Shown: positions 13,941 to 28,286, numbered from the stretch's first letter. The stretch: 64,000 nt of DNA from the human T2T-CHM13v2.0 reference genome, Homo sapiens (GCF_009914755.1 NC_060947.1), one strand, 5' to 3'. A program made the numbers and translations. Notes: generated by a model from the sequence alone, not told the origin.

Positions 13941-14845
13941 ATATATGTATGTATATGAGGTATATACACACACACACACACATAGTTCATAGGGCATATA
14001 GTATGCTTAATAAATCACCTTTTTAAAAATTATTTCTCGATGATGGGAATTCTTTTTTCAGAATTAACGTTTAATTTTCATATGAATCATTTAAGCAGCC
14101 TGTAATAGTAAGAGACCCCTTTTCTAAATTGGGTGCAGCTAACTGCCATTTCCCCTCCATGAACTTATTTCTCAATTTACAGCTCAGAGAACGTCTGAGA
14201 TGATTATTCAGATTTATGGCCTCTGTCTCTAGTCTAAATTTATAGTAACTCTCCTGGAAAGACTGACAAGCCAGGGAATCCAATGAGATTCACATGGAGA
14301 GACCTTGATAGATGTCTAGTGGTATCTTATGCCAAGTTGATTGCCTACCAGGAGTCTCAGTGCATTTTCAAAGTTTTTCTGGATTCTGCCTTTGATGTTT
14401 ACAATAGGCCTCAATTTTGTATGGTTGTTTTCCATTTTTAACTGCATGAATTTTGAAGATACTCAAGGGGACTATGAGGGTAGCATACTGGTCATCTTTG
14501 CTACACAAAGAGAACAACATAGAGCTGGGCAAAAACATTTAAAATAGCCATTAAGTAAGTGTTCATTGCATTTGATATCAAGCAAATATTTCCATGAAGG
14601 AAAAACTTTAATAGATTTAAGATTAAGCTATTTCCCTCCAATATTTCTTAATACGTAGTTCACAATGTTTAATATCTTATAAGATCAAACATAAGATATG
14701 TTTTGGGATACTTTCTCAGAATTTTTCTTTAGTCCTATACTGTTTACAATTTTCCATATTTATATAATGCTAGAAATAAAAATTCAAAAAATGTTCAATT
14801 TGGATCAATAAGTTGTATTATTTTTCATAACTATAAAGTTCTTCA

Positions 14846-15121
14846 GGCCAGGCTGGGTGTGGCAGCTCACGTCTGTAATCCCAGCACTTTGGGAGGCTGA
14901 GGCAGGCAGATCACTTGAGGTCAGGAGTTCGAGACCAGCCTGAACAACATGGTGAAACCCTGTCTCTACAAAAAATATAAAAATTAGCCCAACATGGTGG
15001 TGCGTGCCTGTAGTCCCAGCTGCTTGGGAGGCGGAGGCAAGAGAATTATTGAACCCGGGACGTGGGAGTTGCAGTGAGCAGAGATTGCATCTCAAAAGAC
15101 AAACAAACAAACAAACAAAAG
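14846..15121 (+). mobile_element. AluS with small 3' internal deletion
   Basis: Dimeric Alu, (CAAA)n tail, perfect 12-bp TSD taaagttcttca. Confidence 0.95.
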
Positions 15122-17474
15122 TAAAGTTCTTCAAATAAACAAAATGGAAAACAGAACATACAATATTTAGAAAACAATTATATTGTGTGGGTAATCATTA
15201 ATGACTTCTTAAAAACTACCAACAATTTGTACTTTGGAGGATATTTGCAACCAAATACAATGAACTGTCAAAATATATTTTACAAAATTTCATTAGTGCA
15301 TTACCTGTGAAATCTTAACTGTGTAAAATTTAATTTAATGTTGTTCTTGTCCCATGAATTTCCTGTCTCCATGTTCACAGAATCTCTAGAGAAATCTGGC
15401 AACATTACTCCTAAGGTTATATTCCTCTGCAAACTAGTGCACATTTTATTAAATACACACACTTTATATGATTTATGAAACATAAATAGTATTGTTCTAT
15501 ATAGAGTGTCATTTTTAAAAATTATGAATATGTCCTAGAAAATAGGTTTTTAAGAAGAATTGATAATTGCCTTATATAATATAAACGTTAGGTATGGTCT
15601 ATTCAATAGTTTCCTTAAAAAAAAAGCTTTGACTCTTTCCATTTATTTATTTATTGACTCAGGGAGATAATTTTAAGTTATTTTGTGCTGTTTAAATTAT
15701 CTGTAAACACTTACATGATTTTAAACCTTGGAATAATTTCAAATAATATTACATAATTATTTTACTATTTCATATACCCATGAAAGTACCCTGAGGTATT
15801 AAACAACTGAATATGAATTATTTTTATAATTTGGCAATGTATACATTCATGTTTGTAAAAATTTGTCTGATGAAAATATACATATAAATTGCATCTTCAT
15901 ATTATTTTAATTCACTAATTGCATACACTAACCTCCTTTTAAAACACCTTAAAATGTATTTGATTTTATGTACAAGAACATGTTTCTTATGAGATAAAAG
16001 AATGAATAGATTATATAAATAGATGCATAAGTAGAGAATGAAGAGGAAAAAGAAAATATAATTATCAACTTCTACTTGAAAATATACTCTCCGAAATATT
16101 TGGACGCATTTTGTAATGGCAAAAACATCTTCTAAAAATGTAAGTTGCATAGTGTATCCAAAAGTTTTCTCTGATAAGTAGATAACTGAAGCACTAATTA
16201 AAATACCTAGAACACTAATTAAAATAACTCCCTAGAAATATAACTCTGCTTTATCATGCTCATTCCACTAAGATATTGATTAAAAGTGAATTCATAGGAA
16301 GGTCATGTTTCTGAATCACTTCATGTTGCTAAGGATACTCAATGTTTTTAGAGGTACTTGGCTTCAGAATTTTAATGAGATGGCATGCCGAGGTGACTGG
16401 ACTGCTGTTACCATGATTTTCTTTCTTTTTGAATAAGGTTTTGCATTGTCTTATGAATATAATTAAATGTTATATTGTGGATATTAAAGCATGTCCTGAC
16501 AAAATGCAAAAAAAAAAAATAGCATTATGATCTTAACTGGGTCACTAGTTAGCTTAGGGGAGTATAGGATATGTAAGAAAAGGTGGAAATGATATTAAAA
16601 TTAGGTGCTCTTTAACAGGCCTGCTATGATAAAGGCCTGCTATGATAGCTAAGCACACTCAACAATTTTATCTGTTTTAACTGCTCTTATTCACTACTTT
16701 TCTGAATCTTACAAGCATGAAGTATATGCTAGAGATTTTGTTCAGTGATGCTGATAACGTTCCATTCTACAGCCAAGCTAATTAAAAGTTGACTGTTTTA
16801 CTTTTAACCTATTTTTTTCCTCCTATCTAGTGACTGTATAATTGTTGTTTTTTTACACAGAGTTGTGTTTACATCATTGGGTAACATTTCGAAAGGTCTT
16901 AAGTTGATTGTTATTTTTATGCATTTGAATTTGTGTGGTTGTCTTTAAACCTCCCATATGTTTACTTAATTTTTTTAAAAAAGCAAGATATGCTTTTGAA
17001 GACTTTTTCCATTGGGAAATTGAGATATTTTAATAATGATTGATTGGAAAAGCCTGGCAAGTGCATAAGTCTATTTACTGAACAAGAAATGTATCCTTTG
17101 AGGCTAAAATATTTTGGGGTAAAGTTGGTTCTCAGAAATTTGGTGAAAACAGTTAAAGATCACTTAAAGGGGTAAATTAAAGAATTAAAATGCCCAGCGT
17201 TATTGGATATATTACTATAAGTTGGTAGATGTTGAGACCAGTTTAATCCAGTTTATGATAACCATGAATTATAAGGTAAATAGAAATTAAGAGATTATCT
17301 GACAGTGTAAATTAGCCAATGTGTGACATGAAAAAATAGGAAGATACAGCAGACATTCAACTATTATATAGTTCAAGAAAGAGACAAGGAATATTTCTAG
17401 GTTTCGGAATTGTTCAAGGTAGAGACATGGGATATTATTTCTAGGCTTGATCATTGTTCATCAGATAACAAATT

Positions 17475-17510
17475 GAAATATCAGTGAATCTCAGAATTCA
17501 CTGATATTTC
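17475..17510. repeat. Perfect 15-bp inverted repeat with 6-nt loop
   Basis: gaaatatcagtgaat ctcaga attcactgatatttc. Confidence 0.95.
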
Positions 17511-17511
17511 T

Positions 17512-17619
17512 GAGAAAGAGAGAGAGGAGAGAGAGAGGAGAGAGAGAGAAAGAAAGAGAGAGAAAGAAAAGAGAGAGAGAGAGAAAGAAAAGGGGGGGAG
17601 AGAGAGAGAGAGAGAGAGA
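17512..17619 (+). repeat. (GA)n-rich microsatellite
   Basis: Pure purine tract gagagagg/gaaagaaa. Confidence 0.97.
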
Positions 17620-17964
17620 CCTTCATCCATGAAGTGATTTCAGTTCAACCAACCATCCCATAAGTAATTGTAGATACTCAAGAACATTGTTGCCAAACCA
17701 GTCTACAGCTTTTCGTTAAACAGCTACTGGGAAGGAATTCTAACAGCTTCCAGAGTAGCCTCTCCCTCAATGAGCAGATCTTACTGTTCTATGCAGCAAC
17801 AGGCCTCCTCTAACACCCCCTTGAAGGAGCAACAGTTCCTGGGGAAGCGATCATATTATTTTATATATAAATATGGCTGAAATATTTGACCTCCATTTTC
17901 CCAGACTGAATATCTCTACCTCCTTTGGATATTTCACATAAAAAATGATTTAGATTCCTTGTTT

Positions 17965-18105
17965 AGCCCATTCAACGTTCCCCTGAATTTTTTAGTCTAT
18001 CTAACCCAAATATTCAGGGGAACGTTGAATGGGCTTAACCCCTTAATGAAGGGGTTAGAGACTAAAATATCTAACCCCTTTTAAAGAAGGTTAGATAGAC
18101 TAAAA
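17965..18105. repeat. Cluster of nested inverted repeats
   Basis: 24-bp perfect arms 17965-17988/18012-18035; 9-bp hairpin 18036-18057; 17-bp arms 17990-18006/18089-18105. Confidence 0.95.
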
Positions 18106-18569
18106 TATTTGTAATATTTAAGTAATATTTAAATAGTTAAAAATATTTAAGTAGAACCCTGAGCTAAAGGAAATAATCCAGGAATTATTTAACCCATTAC
18201 AAGGGAAAGTCAGTTTATAGCCACCGTTAGATAATTTTTTGTAAGGATTATAAATCATGCTTCCTTCTGTAGCTGTGCTAATGATTTTTGTGCCTAAATG
18301 CAAAGTCCCAATATACACCTTCTATCTATCTAGATTTTCCTTGCGTATGTCAATTAGTATAATGCATAGTCCATTCCTATCTCATCTCATCTTCAGCTTT
18401 CATTGTAAGAGCTGCACACCTTTATCTAGGTCGTTGGTAGAGGTGTTTAGCAAGGCATGGTTAAAGGAAAGGTCTCATTTGTCAAGCTGGTTCCCGAAAC
18501 ATCCTCTTTGACACAGGCTCATTCATTGCATCATTATATCTATACCAATGTTCAACCCACTACAATTCT

Positions 18570-19285
18570 GCATCTCTCTATCATCAGCTATTTTGACACT
18601 TCACTATACTGGTTCTCTGCATACTGAGACACCACTGCTTCTATATTTTGACTGTTATTGGGGATTTCTCTTCTTTCAGTGACCAATTAAGTATTAGTGT
18701 CCCCTGAGGTTCTATTGTCATCCACTGGCTGCTCCATCCACCATTGCTAAATGAATTCTTCTAGTTTTATGGATTGTTGAATGTCATCTTTAGATATCCA
18801 ACTTTCTATTGTGTATCTCTACCTGATATCCCATAGACAAGTCCAAAATGCAGTTTGCTCAGAGATGCCCCTCTTCCATTTTATTTTTATTTTTATTTTT
18901 ATTTTTTTGCCGTTTTCATCCATGGCCACCCGCAGTCAACAAGTCTAAAAGTGGAGGGTTTCCTATCTCCTTCATCCCCATAACTAAACATCATTCCATG
19001 CTATTTTGTCTCAAAATGTTTCCAAGACCCCTTTCAGCTAACAAAATGTATCCATCATCTATTTCCAGGATTGAATTGCATGTATCAATTCTCACCCCAA
19101 CCAATTCCTCTGAAATGGGTTATCTTTCTTCTGAGCCTCTAGCATTTTTGCAAAGCATTACAATTAAATTACTAAATTTGTGAAGATGGCTCATCTTCTT
19201 TTTCTTGAATCACAGTAGAAACACAATGGAGAAAGACCCTAGCATATAGCAAATAACCAATCAGTTTTTTAAAAATAAAGGAATG
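18570..19285 (+). mobile_element. L2 fragment (highly diverged)
   Basis: atatccaactttctatt...tctctacctgatatcccatagaca and 3'-end-like cctagcatatagcaaataaccaat. Confidence 0.6.
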
Positions 19286-21038
19286 ATTGGATTCTGGATA
19301 GGGAAAAATGCCATGTTCAATTGTTGAAATGTAGAACAACCCACAACATTATGAATTCATATTCAATCCTCAGGATGTGAGCACAATGAACTTCTAAATG
19401 TTGCCACTGGTTTCTGACATGGGAGGTCTATCTTATTTTTGCTCATTTACACTCATGATTGAAATACTGGTCAACAGGCATATCCTCTGTTCACAATTCA
19501 CCCACGAGCAACCCACGGACACTGTTCACAGTGTCCTATGAGCAGAACTCCTGATACCTCAACAGAAGACTTCAAGTTGTATGTGTTCCTTCTCACCCAC
19601 AAATAGGTGTGAACTTCTCTGATGACATTTTCAGAGATAGAGAGCTTCTGGTTAGAATGTGTACTGACACATTTTGGGTTTCTGATCCTCATGTTTAGCT
19701 ATCTGCAAGGTGATATAAGGTGGCGATTGTTTTTTTGTAGATTTTTCAACACAATTTTTAATTGTGTATGAGAAAACCAGCATGCAAATACTGAAAGACA
19801 CATTCTGATGCCACTGGGATTTTGAAATTTTATTTATATTTTTAAGGAAATTGTGTATATTGGGATGAGAAAATTAGATGTTAACCTTCAGATACTGAAA
19901 AACATGATTTTTTATATTCTGAATTTAGAAATGCAATTGGAAATTATTAAAGTTTTACATTCAGTTAAATTTAACTTGGACAAGAACTGTATAAAATACA
20001 TATAGGCTTAAGGATCTTTAATTTAAATATGTGAATATATATTCTGTAATCATTAAATGACTTAAAACTTAATGGGCATAAATGATGTGAACCTATAGTT
20101 TATGTTTTATACTCCTTAACTTATGTAGAATACAAAATATTTACAGAAAGATATTATAAAAATTATACATTCAAATTAATTCTTGGGTATCTTTTTTTGA
20201 AACAACTTCTTATATCTTGTATCAAAAAAAAAGAAATATTTCGATTCTGGAGGGCCTGAAGTTGCCTAGCGTTTAGAGAATGTCAAATCGATCATTGTAT
20301 AAGTGCTATTAATGTGAAACTATTTATACAATCTGGGTTATAAAGTAGCTAAATCTTCAGATGAAGATTCGCAGCTGGTAGAACGGCTGCCACCCTTATG
20401 AATTATAGTTCTTGAATCCCACAGTCATTATTATAATTAAGTCCTAGTAATCAATGTTGACTGACTGTCTTAGCCCATATAGTAAGATACAATTTTATTA
20501 GACTATTGCAACCATCACTAAAATGTGAGAAAAAATTCAAAAAGTCCTAAGAGAAACGTTTCCACTCTTCCTAATTATGTGTAATACTTCATAACATGTA
20601 ATTCTTCCTATGATAACACGTCATTTTTTGGGGGGATCCAGGGAAAACAATTCATTATAATGTTGGGAGGTCCTCTTTCATAAGGACAATGACTTTTAGT
20701 TATTTTGTGTGTTTGTATATAACCTTGTGACAATGCATTTTGAGCATGTTTTGTTGAACAAGTGTTATGTAATGAAAGCAGTGTTTATTGTGCATCCAGA
20801 CAGAAGATTAAATTTAGTTTCATTGAAAGCAAATAGGATGTCCATGCAGCCAGCCAAGTCTACCATGTTCTTCTGGTCACGTTATTCTCCTCTCTTCATC
20901 GAGATGAGTCCTTCACACTTTTCACCTTGATACCGTCATTACTAAATCCCCCCTCCTTCTCAGGTGACAACTTCAGGGAAGTCAGAAACAGTCCAGAAAA
21001 CCTCCACCGGCTCCTACCAGCAAATCTATCATCTACCT

Positions 21039-21550
21039 TGCATTGGGTCCCTATTGCTATTGTAACGCATGCGTACAAATGGAATCGCTTGGAACAAAAA
21101 ATGTCATGTTACAGTGCTGGAGGTCCAAAGTCCAAAATCAGTCTCACTGGGCTAAGATCAAGATGTCAGCAGGGCTGCCTTCCCTTTGAAGGCTCCAGTG
21201 GAGAATCCGTTTTTTCTTTTTTCTATCTCCCAGAAGCTGCTGCTGCACTCCTAGGCTCACGGCCCCTTCCTCCATCTTCAAAGCCAGCAGCGTTGGGCTG
21301 AGTCTTTCTCACATGGCCTTGTCCATGATTCTCTTTACTGATAACTTCCTCCACTTTTAATGTCCCTTGCAATCATGTTGGATGCAAGCAGATTGCCCAC
21401 AATAATCTCCCTGACTTAAAATCAACTGATTAGAAACCTTGATTTCACCTACAATCCTAATTCCCCTTTGTCATATAACATAACCTACCTATAGTTTCAC
21501 CGGATTGGGATGTTACTTACTTTTGAGGAGAGGCATTTTTCTGCCTGACA
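21039..21550 (-). mobile_element. MLT1 (D-like) solo LTR
   Basis: aagtccaaaatcagtctcactgggctaagatcaagatgtcagcagggctg...cctccatcttcaaagccagca...aaaatcaactgattag. Confidence 0.88.
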
Positions 21551-23489
21551 GTTACCCATATCTTGGTCCACAGAGGAAGCCTCCCTTCTCACCTGTGGCA
21601 ATTCTGAATCGTATCTGTTGACTGGCACCCTACGGCCCAGTGGAAGTATTCATTTCTGATTTCCAAAGTCTATACAAACCAAAGTTGGAGAAGGCAAATC
21701 ATTATCTCGCTAATAGTGTTCTTAATGTTCAACTCCTGCCAAAAGATATGAATTTGGAACTCTCAATTCTGAAATATTTTTAGGTTAGATTCCTCTAAGA
21801 CACATACCATAATTTTCCTGACTGACATGAAAGCAAGGGTGGGGCTTTTGAGTTGTCAAACTACTAATCTCCTACTTTGCTGTGAAACTGATGTATACAT
21901 TGATTAACTTTGCTGTTTATCAACCTGGAAAGCAATCTTGCATCCAGTCTAGCCAAAGTAGATAACATCTCTAACTTTTTTTTTAACACATCTAACTAAA
22001 AATTGAAATTATTATGCCAACATGGAACACAAAATTTTAATTTAGACATAGGCCAATAGTATTAATTTCATCCAAAAATCACAATTGTTTGCCGGTAAAA
22101 TGAATGCTCACAGGATAGCAGTTTTGAATGAACTTCTAGGGGCTCAAAACATTAATATTAAAGTCAAATCTTATACCTAAAATTTCAATACTTTTCAATC
22201 ATCAAAATGTACATTGCATTTAAACATTACCTTTAAAACCCAGAGAAGACATGGCATGTATTACTAAATCACTTGTAACTCTTTGATTGAGTTAACAATA
22301 TTCTTAGATTACCAGGAGAATACTACAATAACATGCAAAATCCAACATCAGCATTGCAAAGTCCTAGATCAAAACATGCAATGTCAACCTTGCAAAATAC
22401 AACTGTGAGTTTGCAGATAAGCATGTCAAGGTTTGCACAGCGGATATCTTATGAGAATGCTACATTATACAGATCCAATTAAAAAGGAGCACAATATGAC
22501 ATTCATAAAATAACTTTACAAAGTTCATCTTCTTGGTCATTTACAAAGAAATTTATTTTATATTGCTTATAACGTTATTTTTCAAAGTTTTATTTCTATC
22601 TAGGTATTGTGTCTATGTTTAATATTTGCAACCTCCATTAAGTTATCATTGTTTTTTTTATTTTGTTTCTACTTAACATTCACCAACAAAGCAGACCTTG
22701 GTGTTTATAAATAATTAAAAACTTGATCATGAAACCCACTATCAAATGCTTGTTAATAAGAGACAATAGTAAGCTTTTAGATCCTGAGCTAAATAATTTA
22801 TTTTTTAAAAGTAAAATAGACTGTATAAATCAATAAACTTAAATATTTTAGTAACACCAGAACCAGTGAGAAAAACAAATTACTAAACTGAAATAGGGGA
22901 TGGTATTTGGATAATCTGATGAAAAAAAGTGTTTTGCTCTATGACGTACTATATTCTTCAAGTTGTCTAAGCAATAAATGCTTAAAATCTTCCCCATAGC
23001 CTTCCTAGAAAGGTTATCCTACCCATTTAAATTCCCTAAAAGAATTGTAAATCTTCTTTTATATGGGTAACCTTGGGAAATGAGGTATGGGGAGATTAAG
23101 AAAAATACCCCTATGCAGAGGTATATAGCCTGTGATTTGAATATTATTAGAATAAATTGAGAAGATAGGTAATGCTGTGTGCGGTGTGATTAGTGCATGC
23201 CCTTCAGTATATAAACGTTTTAAAAGCAATGTATGAATTGAAGTTAAAAGGGCATCTGGAGAAATCATCTACACTAATAGAAAAAAAATCAAGGTACAAA
23301 CTTGAGATACACAGAGTAAGAAAGTGAATCTTATGGGAAATTTAAGGGTAGGAAATGCTTTCTCAGACTTTCCATGGCCCAAGTTAATTGACAAAACTTT
23401 CTCTCAAGCAACCCCAGATGAGGAAAATGCTATGGGGTGCTTGCAGAAGAATTCCCCTGAAATTCTCACATTTGGGATTAATATACACT

Positions 23490-23710
23490 CATGGTTGAGA
23501 GTGTGAGTTCCATGTTTGAATAATAATTCTATGCATTAGTAAATTGATAGTCAAATTATAAATTATGCTGTGTCTCAATTACTTTGGGAGTCTTGATCTC
23601 TTTATCTGTAAAATGAAAATAATAATTATTACCTTACAGTGTAGACTTATTACCTAAGGGAGATCATGTAAGAAAATTCCTAGAGTTTTACCTGTGCAGA
23701 AGACAGTATC
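23490..23710 (+). mobile_element. MIR
   Basis: Core ttatctgtaaaatgaaaataataat...taccttacag. Confidence 0.65.
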
Positions 23711-24090
23711 TCTTGTGAATTTAAGAATGACACATATAGCTCTCCCTTCTCCTTCCTTTCTCTGTTCTGGATAGGATCAGATGGAAATGTGTCAACATGG
23801 CATTTTCAGATTCTGCCTTGTTCTTTATCTGTTATTATTTTACTTGGTTTATTCAGGGATTGCTGCTGTATAAAATCTTTCACCACACTTGTACAGCTGG
23901 CATGTAGCAGCATGGAATAAGTGCTTTGTAAAACAAAACCCCATTGTCTATGGTTGCAACTGGCTCAGGAGGAAGAGTTTTCTGTCATTGGAAGAATTGA
24001 ATAACAAGCTCATCAGAATACTCCTCCTCACAAACATGTATGGGGCATACAATCTATGTGAGGCAAAACTGGATACAGGAATGAGCCCCT

Positions 24091-24405
24091 GCCAGTTGTG
24101 GTACCTCATGCCTGTAACCCCAGCACTTTGGGAGGCTGAGGAAGGATGATTGCTTGAGACCAGGAGCTTGAGAGCAGCCTGGGCAACACAATGAGACCTT
24201 GTCTCTACAAAAAATACAAACATTAGCTGGGCATTGTGATGTGCACATTTAGTCCCAGCTACTCTGGAGACTGAGATGGGAGGATCACTTGAGCCCAAAA
24301 GTTCCTGGCTGCAGTGAGCCATGATTATGCTGCTGCCCTCCAGTCTGGATGCTAGAGTGAGACACTGTCTCTAAAAATAATAATAATAAATAAATAAGAA
24401 AAGAA
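24091..24405 (+). mobile_element. AluJ, full length
   Basis: Dimeric Alu, gggaggatcacttgagccc, (TAA)n tail. Confidence 0.93.
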
Positions 24406-24791
24406 ATGAACTTTCTCTCTCATTGCCAGGTATTATTGGAGTCACAGGTTGAAGGTAGAGATAAAAGACCTGTATGTTTTTTCTCTTTAATCAATTCCAG
24501 GATTCTATGTAGTAAAAAAAAAAAAATGCAATAATAAGTAAGATTATATTGTAATTAACCCCATGAGGAACAGAAAGAGAATAGAAGGCATTAAAAAGGC
24601 AAGAAAGGATTTTCTGCCTCCACCTAGAATACAGAATGATAGACAGAGTGACCCTTTCATGCTAGTAATCACAAAAAGGCAGCTATGCTAAGAAATATCA
24701 TATTATCCCAAGCCCATGGGAGAGATGAAGACAAAACTCCTGTGATACCAGGCATGGATCTTGACCAATAAATGAAAATCTCTAGATAAGT

Positions 24792-25885
24792 TTATTAGAT
24801 TTCTTTGCTACATAACAAATGATCATAAGTTCATTGGCTTAGCACAATACACAATTATTATATCACATTCTCTCTGGTATAGGAATTTGGGCACAGTATA
24901 GCTGCAGCATCAGCAAAGCTGTAATTCAAGAGTTGGCCAGGGGTGCATGCTCCTCTGAATAATCGACTGGGGAAGGATCCATTTCCATAGCATATCTTTA
25001 ACCACCTGACAGGTTCTTCCTGCTGGCAGCACAGACAAAGACCACAGCATTGCAGTAAAGAAAGCTTTAGTAGATACAAGGCCAGCCATACTATGCGGGA
25101 GATGGAGTTAGTACTCAAATCAATCCCATCCAAAGCTCGTAGGTTAGAGGATTTCAAAGACCATTTTGGGGAAGGAATGAGAGTGGCCAGGTAATGGGTG
25201 TTTGCTGCTGACTGGTTGGGCTGGAGATAAAATCAGAGGGGGTTGAAGCTGCTCTCCTGAGCTGAGTTGCTCCAGGGTGGGGCCACAGGAGTGGGGTTGG
25301 CAGGTTGAGGTGGAACCATGGATGTCAGACATGCAGAAACCTGAAAAGTGATCTCATAAGACCAATCTACAATAGGGAAGTTGCATATTTTGTGACCAGT
25401 CTACACCTTAGCACCCCCTCCTGGCCTGATGACCTTTCGTCAGCTTTACAAAGGCAGTTGAATTTTGGGGGAGATCTATTATTATTTAAACTATAAACTA
25501 AGTATTTCCCAAAGTTAGTTGAGCCTAAGCCCAGGAATGATTAAGGGAAATTCAAGATGAGAGGTGGGTTAAATCAGATCTCTTTCACTGCTGTAATTTT
25601 CTCACTGATACAATTTTTGCAAAGGCAGTTTCATGCTCTCTGAGGTGGTTGGAAGAATGTATTTTCTTGTAGCTCTAGAATTTACAGAAGCTTCAAAGCA
25701 AGCAATGGAGAGGGCTGGAAGAGAGGGTAGAAAAGAGAAAGAGAAGAGAGACTTGCAACCATCTTCTAACAAGACTAAGACTTTTAATAGCATAACATAA
25801 TCAAGAGAATGGCATGCCCTTACATTTTCAATGTTCTATTTGTTAGAAGCAAGTCCTTGGTCTTTCCCACAATCAAGAAGGCAGA
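24792..25885 (-). mobile_element. MLT1 (E/F-like) LTR split by an ERV1 LTR
   Basis: ataacaaat...cttagcacaatacacaattattatatcaca...ggaatttgggcacag (left part); ttctatttgttagaagcaagtc (right part). Confidence 0.65.
24997..25633 (-). mobile_element. ERV1 solo LTR, LTR8 family
   Basis: Ends cagatctctttcactg...aatttttgcaaaggcagtttca (reverse complement of the LTR8-type start TGAAACTGCCTTTGCAAAA); similar to the copy at 55223. Confidence 0.85.
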
Positions 25886-27596
25886 ATAGGATAAATAATA
25901 AAGAATAGATAGAACAAAGAAAATAAAATGAGAATGGTGGTAGGTGTAATTCCAATCACATCAGTAAAATTTTAATAAATGTCAGTGATCTAATCATTCT
26001 AATTCAAAAGCAGAGCTTGTCAGATTGGATTAGCAAAAACCCTGGCGTGCATTTTCCATGAGAAGTCTACGTTAAATATAAAGACACGTGATGATTAAAA
26101 GTTTTTTTTTAAGTGAAAATTTATACAATGCAAATGCCAAACAAATCTGGGATAGTTACATAGATATCAGAAAATATAGAATTCACAGCAAGAATACCAG
26201 GGATAAAGAAGGATATTATATAATGATAAAAAGATCAATCCACACACAAAAATAGCAATCTTTAATTTTTTTGCTCTCAACTATGCAAGCTTCAAATGCA
26301 TAAAGTAAAATCTAACAGTTTGGAAAGAAGAAATAAGCAAATCTAAAATTGCAAGTGGAATTTTTAGTACTTCTCAGAAGTAGAGAGAACAGACAAAATC
26401 TCAGTATTGGATTTAAACAACACTGTAAGTAAACATGAGATAATTAACATGTACAGACACACCATCTAACATGAGAATCCACATTGTTTTAGCGTACACA
26501 TCAAATATTCACAAATATAGCTGATATTCTTGGTGATAAAACATATATCAACATATTTAAATAAATTAGAATCATACATTCTCCTCAAAGTTGAGAGAAG
26601 AAAAAAATCATACAAAGTATAATATGTTTCCTGATAGCATTTACTTAGTAATAAAATGAAACATGTGTCTGCAAAAAACTCTAATTACTTGGAAATTAAG
26701 CAACACATTTAAAAATAACCCATGAATCAAAAGGAAGCCACGGCGAAAGCTAGAAGCTGTTTGGATCTGAATGAGAATAAAAATCAAACACATCTAAATA
26801 TGAGAGATGCAGCTAAGTCAGTGCTAAGAGGGAAATGCAAAGCACTAAATGCTTATATTAAGAAACAGTAAGGATTATGAATGAATACTTTAAGCTCCCA
26901 TCAAATCAGGCATAAGAAAGGAAATAAGAAAAGTAGGGGCAGAAATCAATACAACTCAAAAAGGAAAAACAAAAGAGAAAAATAACTGGGAGGAAAAGCT
27001 GCTGGAATAAAAGATTAATTTATGTACTTCTAGTCAGACAGAGAAAGAGATATAGGGGGAGTATTGCATAAGGGAATATTATGATCCACATTATACCAAT
27101 ATATTGGATACATATTAAATGAAAGGGAAAAAATTTTTGAACTACCAAAACTCACTCAAGAAAAAAACATAATTGGAATAATTTATTTAATATGTATTAG
27201 TTTACTGAATATTTATTAAAGAAATTGAATTCACAGTTAAAACATTTTAATAAAGAAATCCCCAGGCCCAGTTTGCTTTACTAGTAGAGTTCTTTCAAAT
27301 AATTAAGTACATAACTATCTAATGCACACAAACTATGACAAAAAATAGAAGAGGAGAAAACACTCCTCAACTTATTCTAAGAAGTCTGATGCCATATAAC
27401 AAAAGGAGCCAAAGACAAATAAAAGAAATCCACACACTGATAGCCCTCATAATGATAAATATAAAAATTTTAATGATGTATTAGTACCTATAAATCCACC
27501 TATACATTGTGATTAAATGAAATTTATGCCAGGCATGAAAGGATGGTTCAATATTCAAAATAATCTAAGAATCGACTAAACAAGCAAGAAAAATTA

Positions 27597-28008
<412 letters not shown>

Positions 28009-28286
28009 TCAAGAGAACTTTCTCAGTCTGAAGAAAAGGAATCTAAGAAAAATCAGCAGCTCTTCATATTAATATATTAATGGCAAATGATGGGATGTTT
28101 TCACCCTAATATTAGAAAACAAGGTAAGAAGGTCTTCTCTCACTACTCCTTGTCAAGGTTATATTGGAAATCCTAGCCAGTGCAGCTGAGAAATAAGAAG
28201 AAATCAAAGGCACACAGATTAAAAAGGAAGAAAGAAATCTGCCTTACTTGGCAGATGATGTTATTGACTATATAGATAATCCTAAG

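Noticed and set aside
16617-16647. Tandem duplication of aggcctgctatgata
   Set aside because: Ordinary slippage duplication with no further structure.
19516-19535. 8-bp hairpin ggacactg-ttca-cagtgtcc, and a similar one at 20352-20369
   Set aside because: Stems this short are expected by chance in 64 kb; bacterial-type terminators are irrelevant here.
22330-22445. Cluster of CATG/TTGCA motifs resembling p53 half-sites
   Set aside because: No pair of adjacent RRRCWWGYYY decamers; matches are partial.
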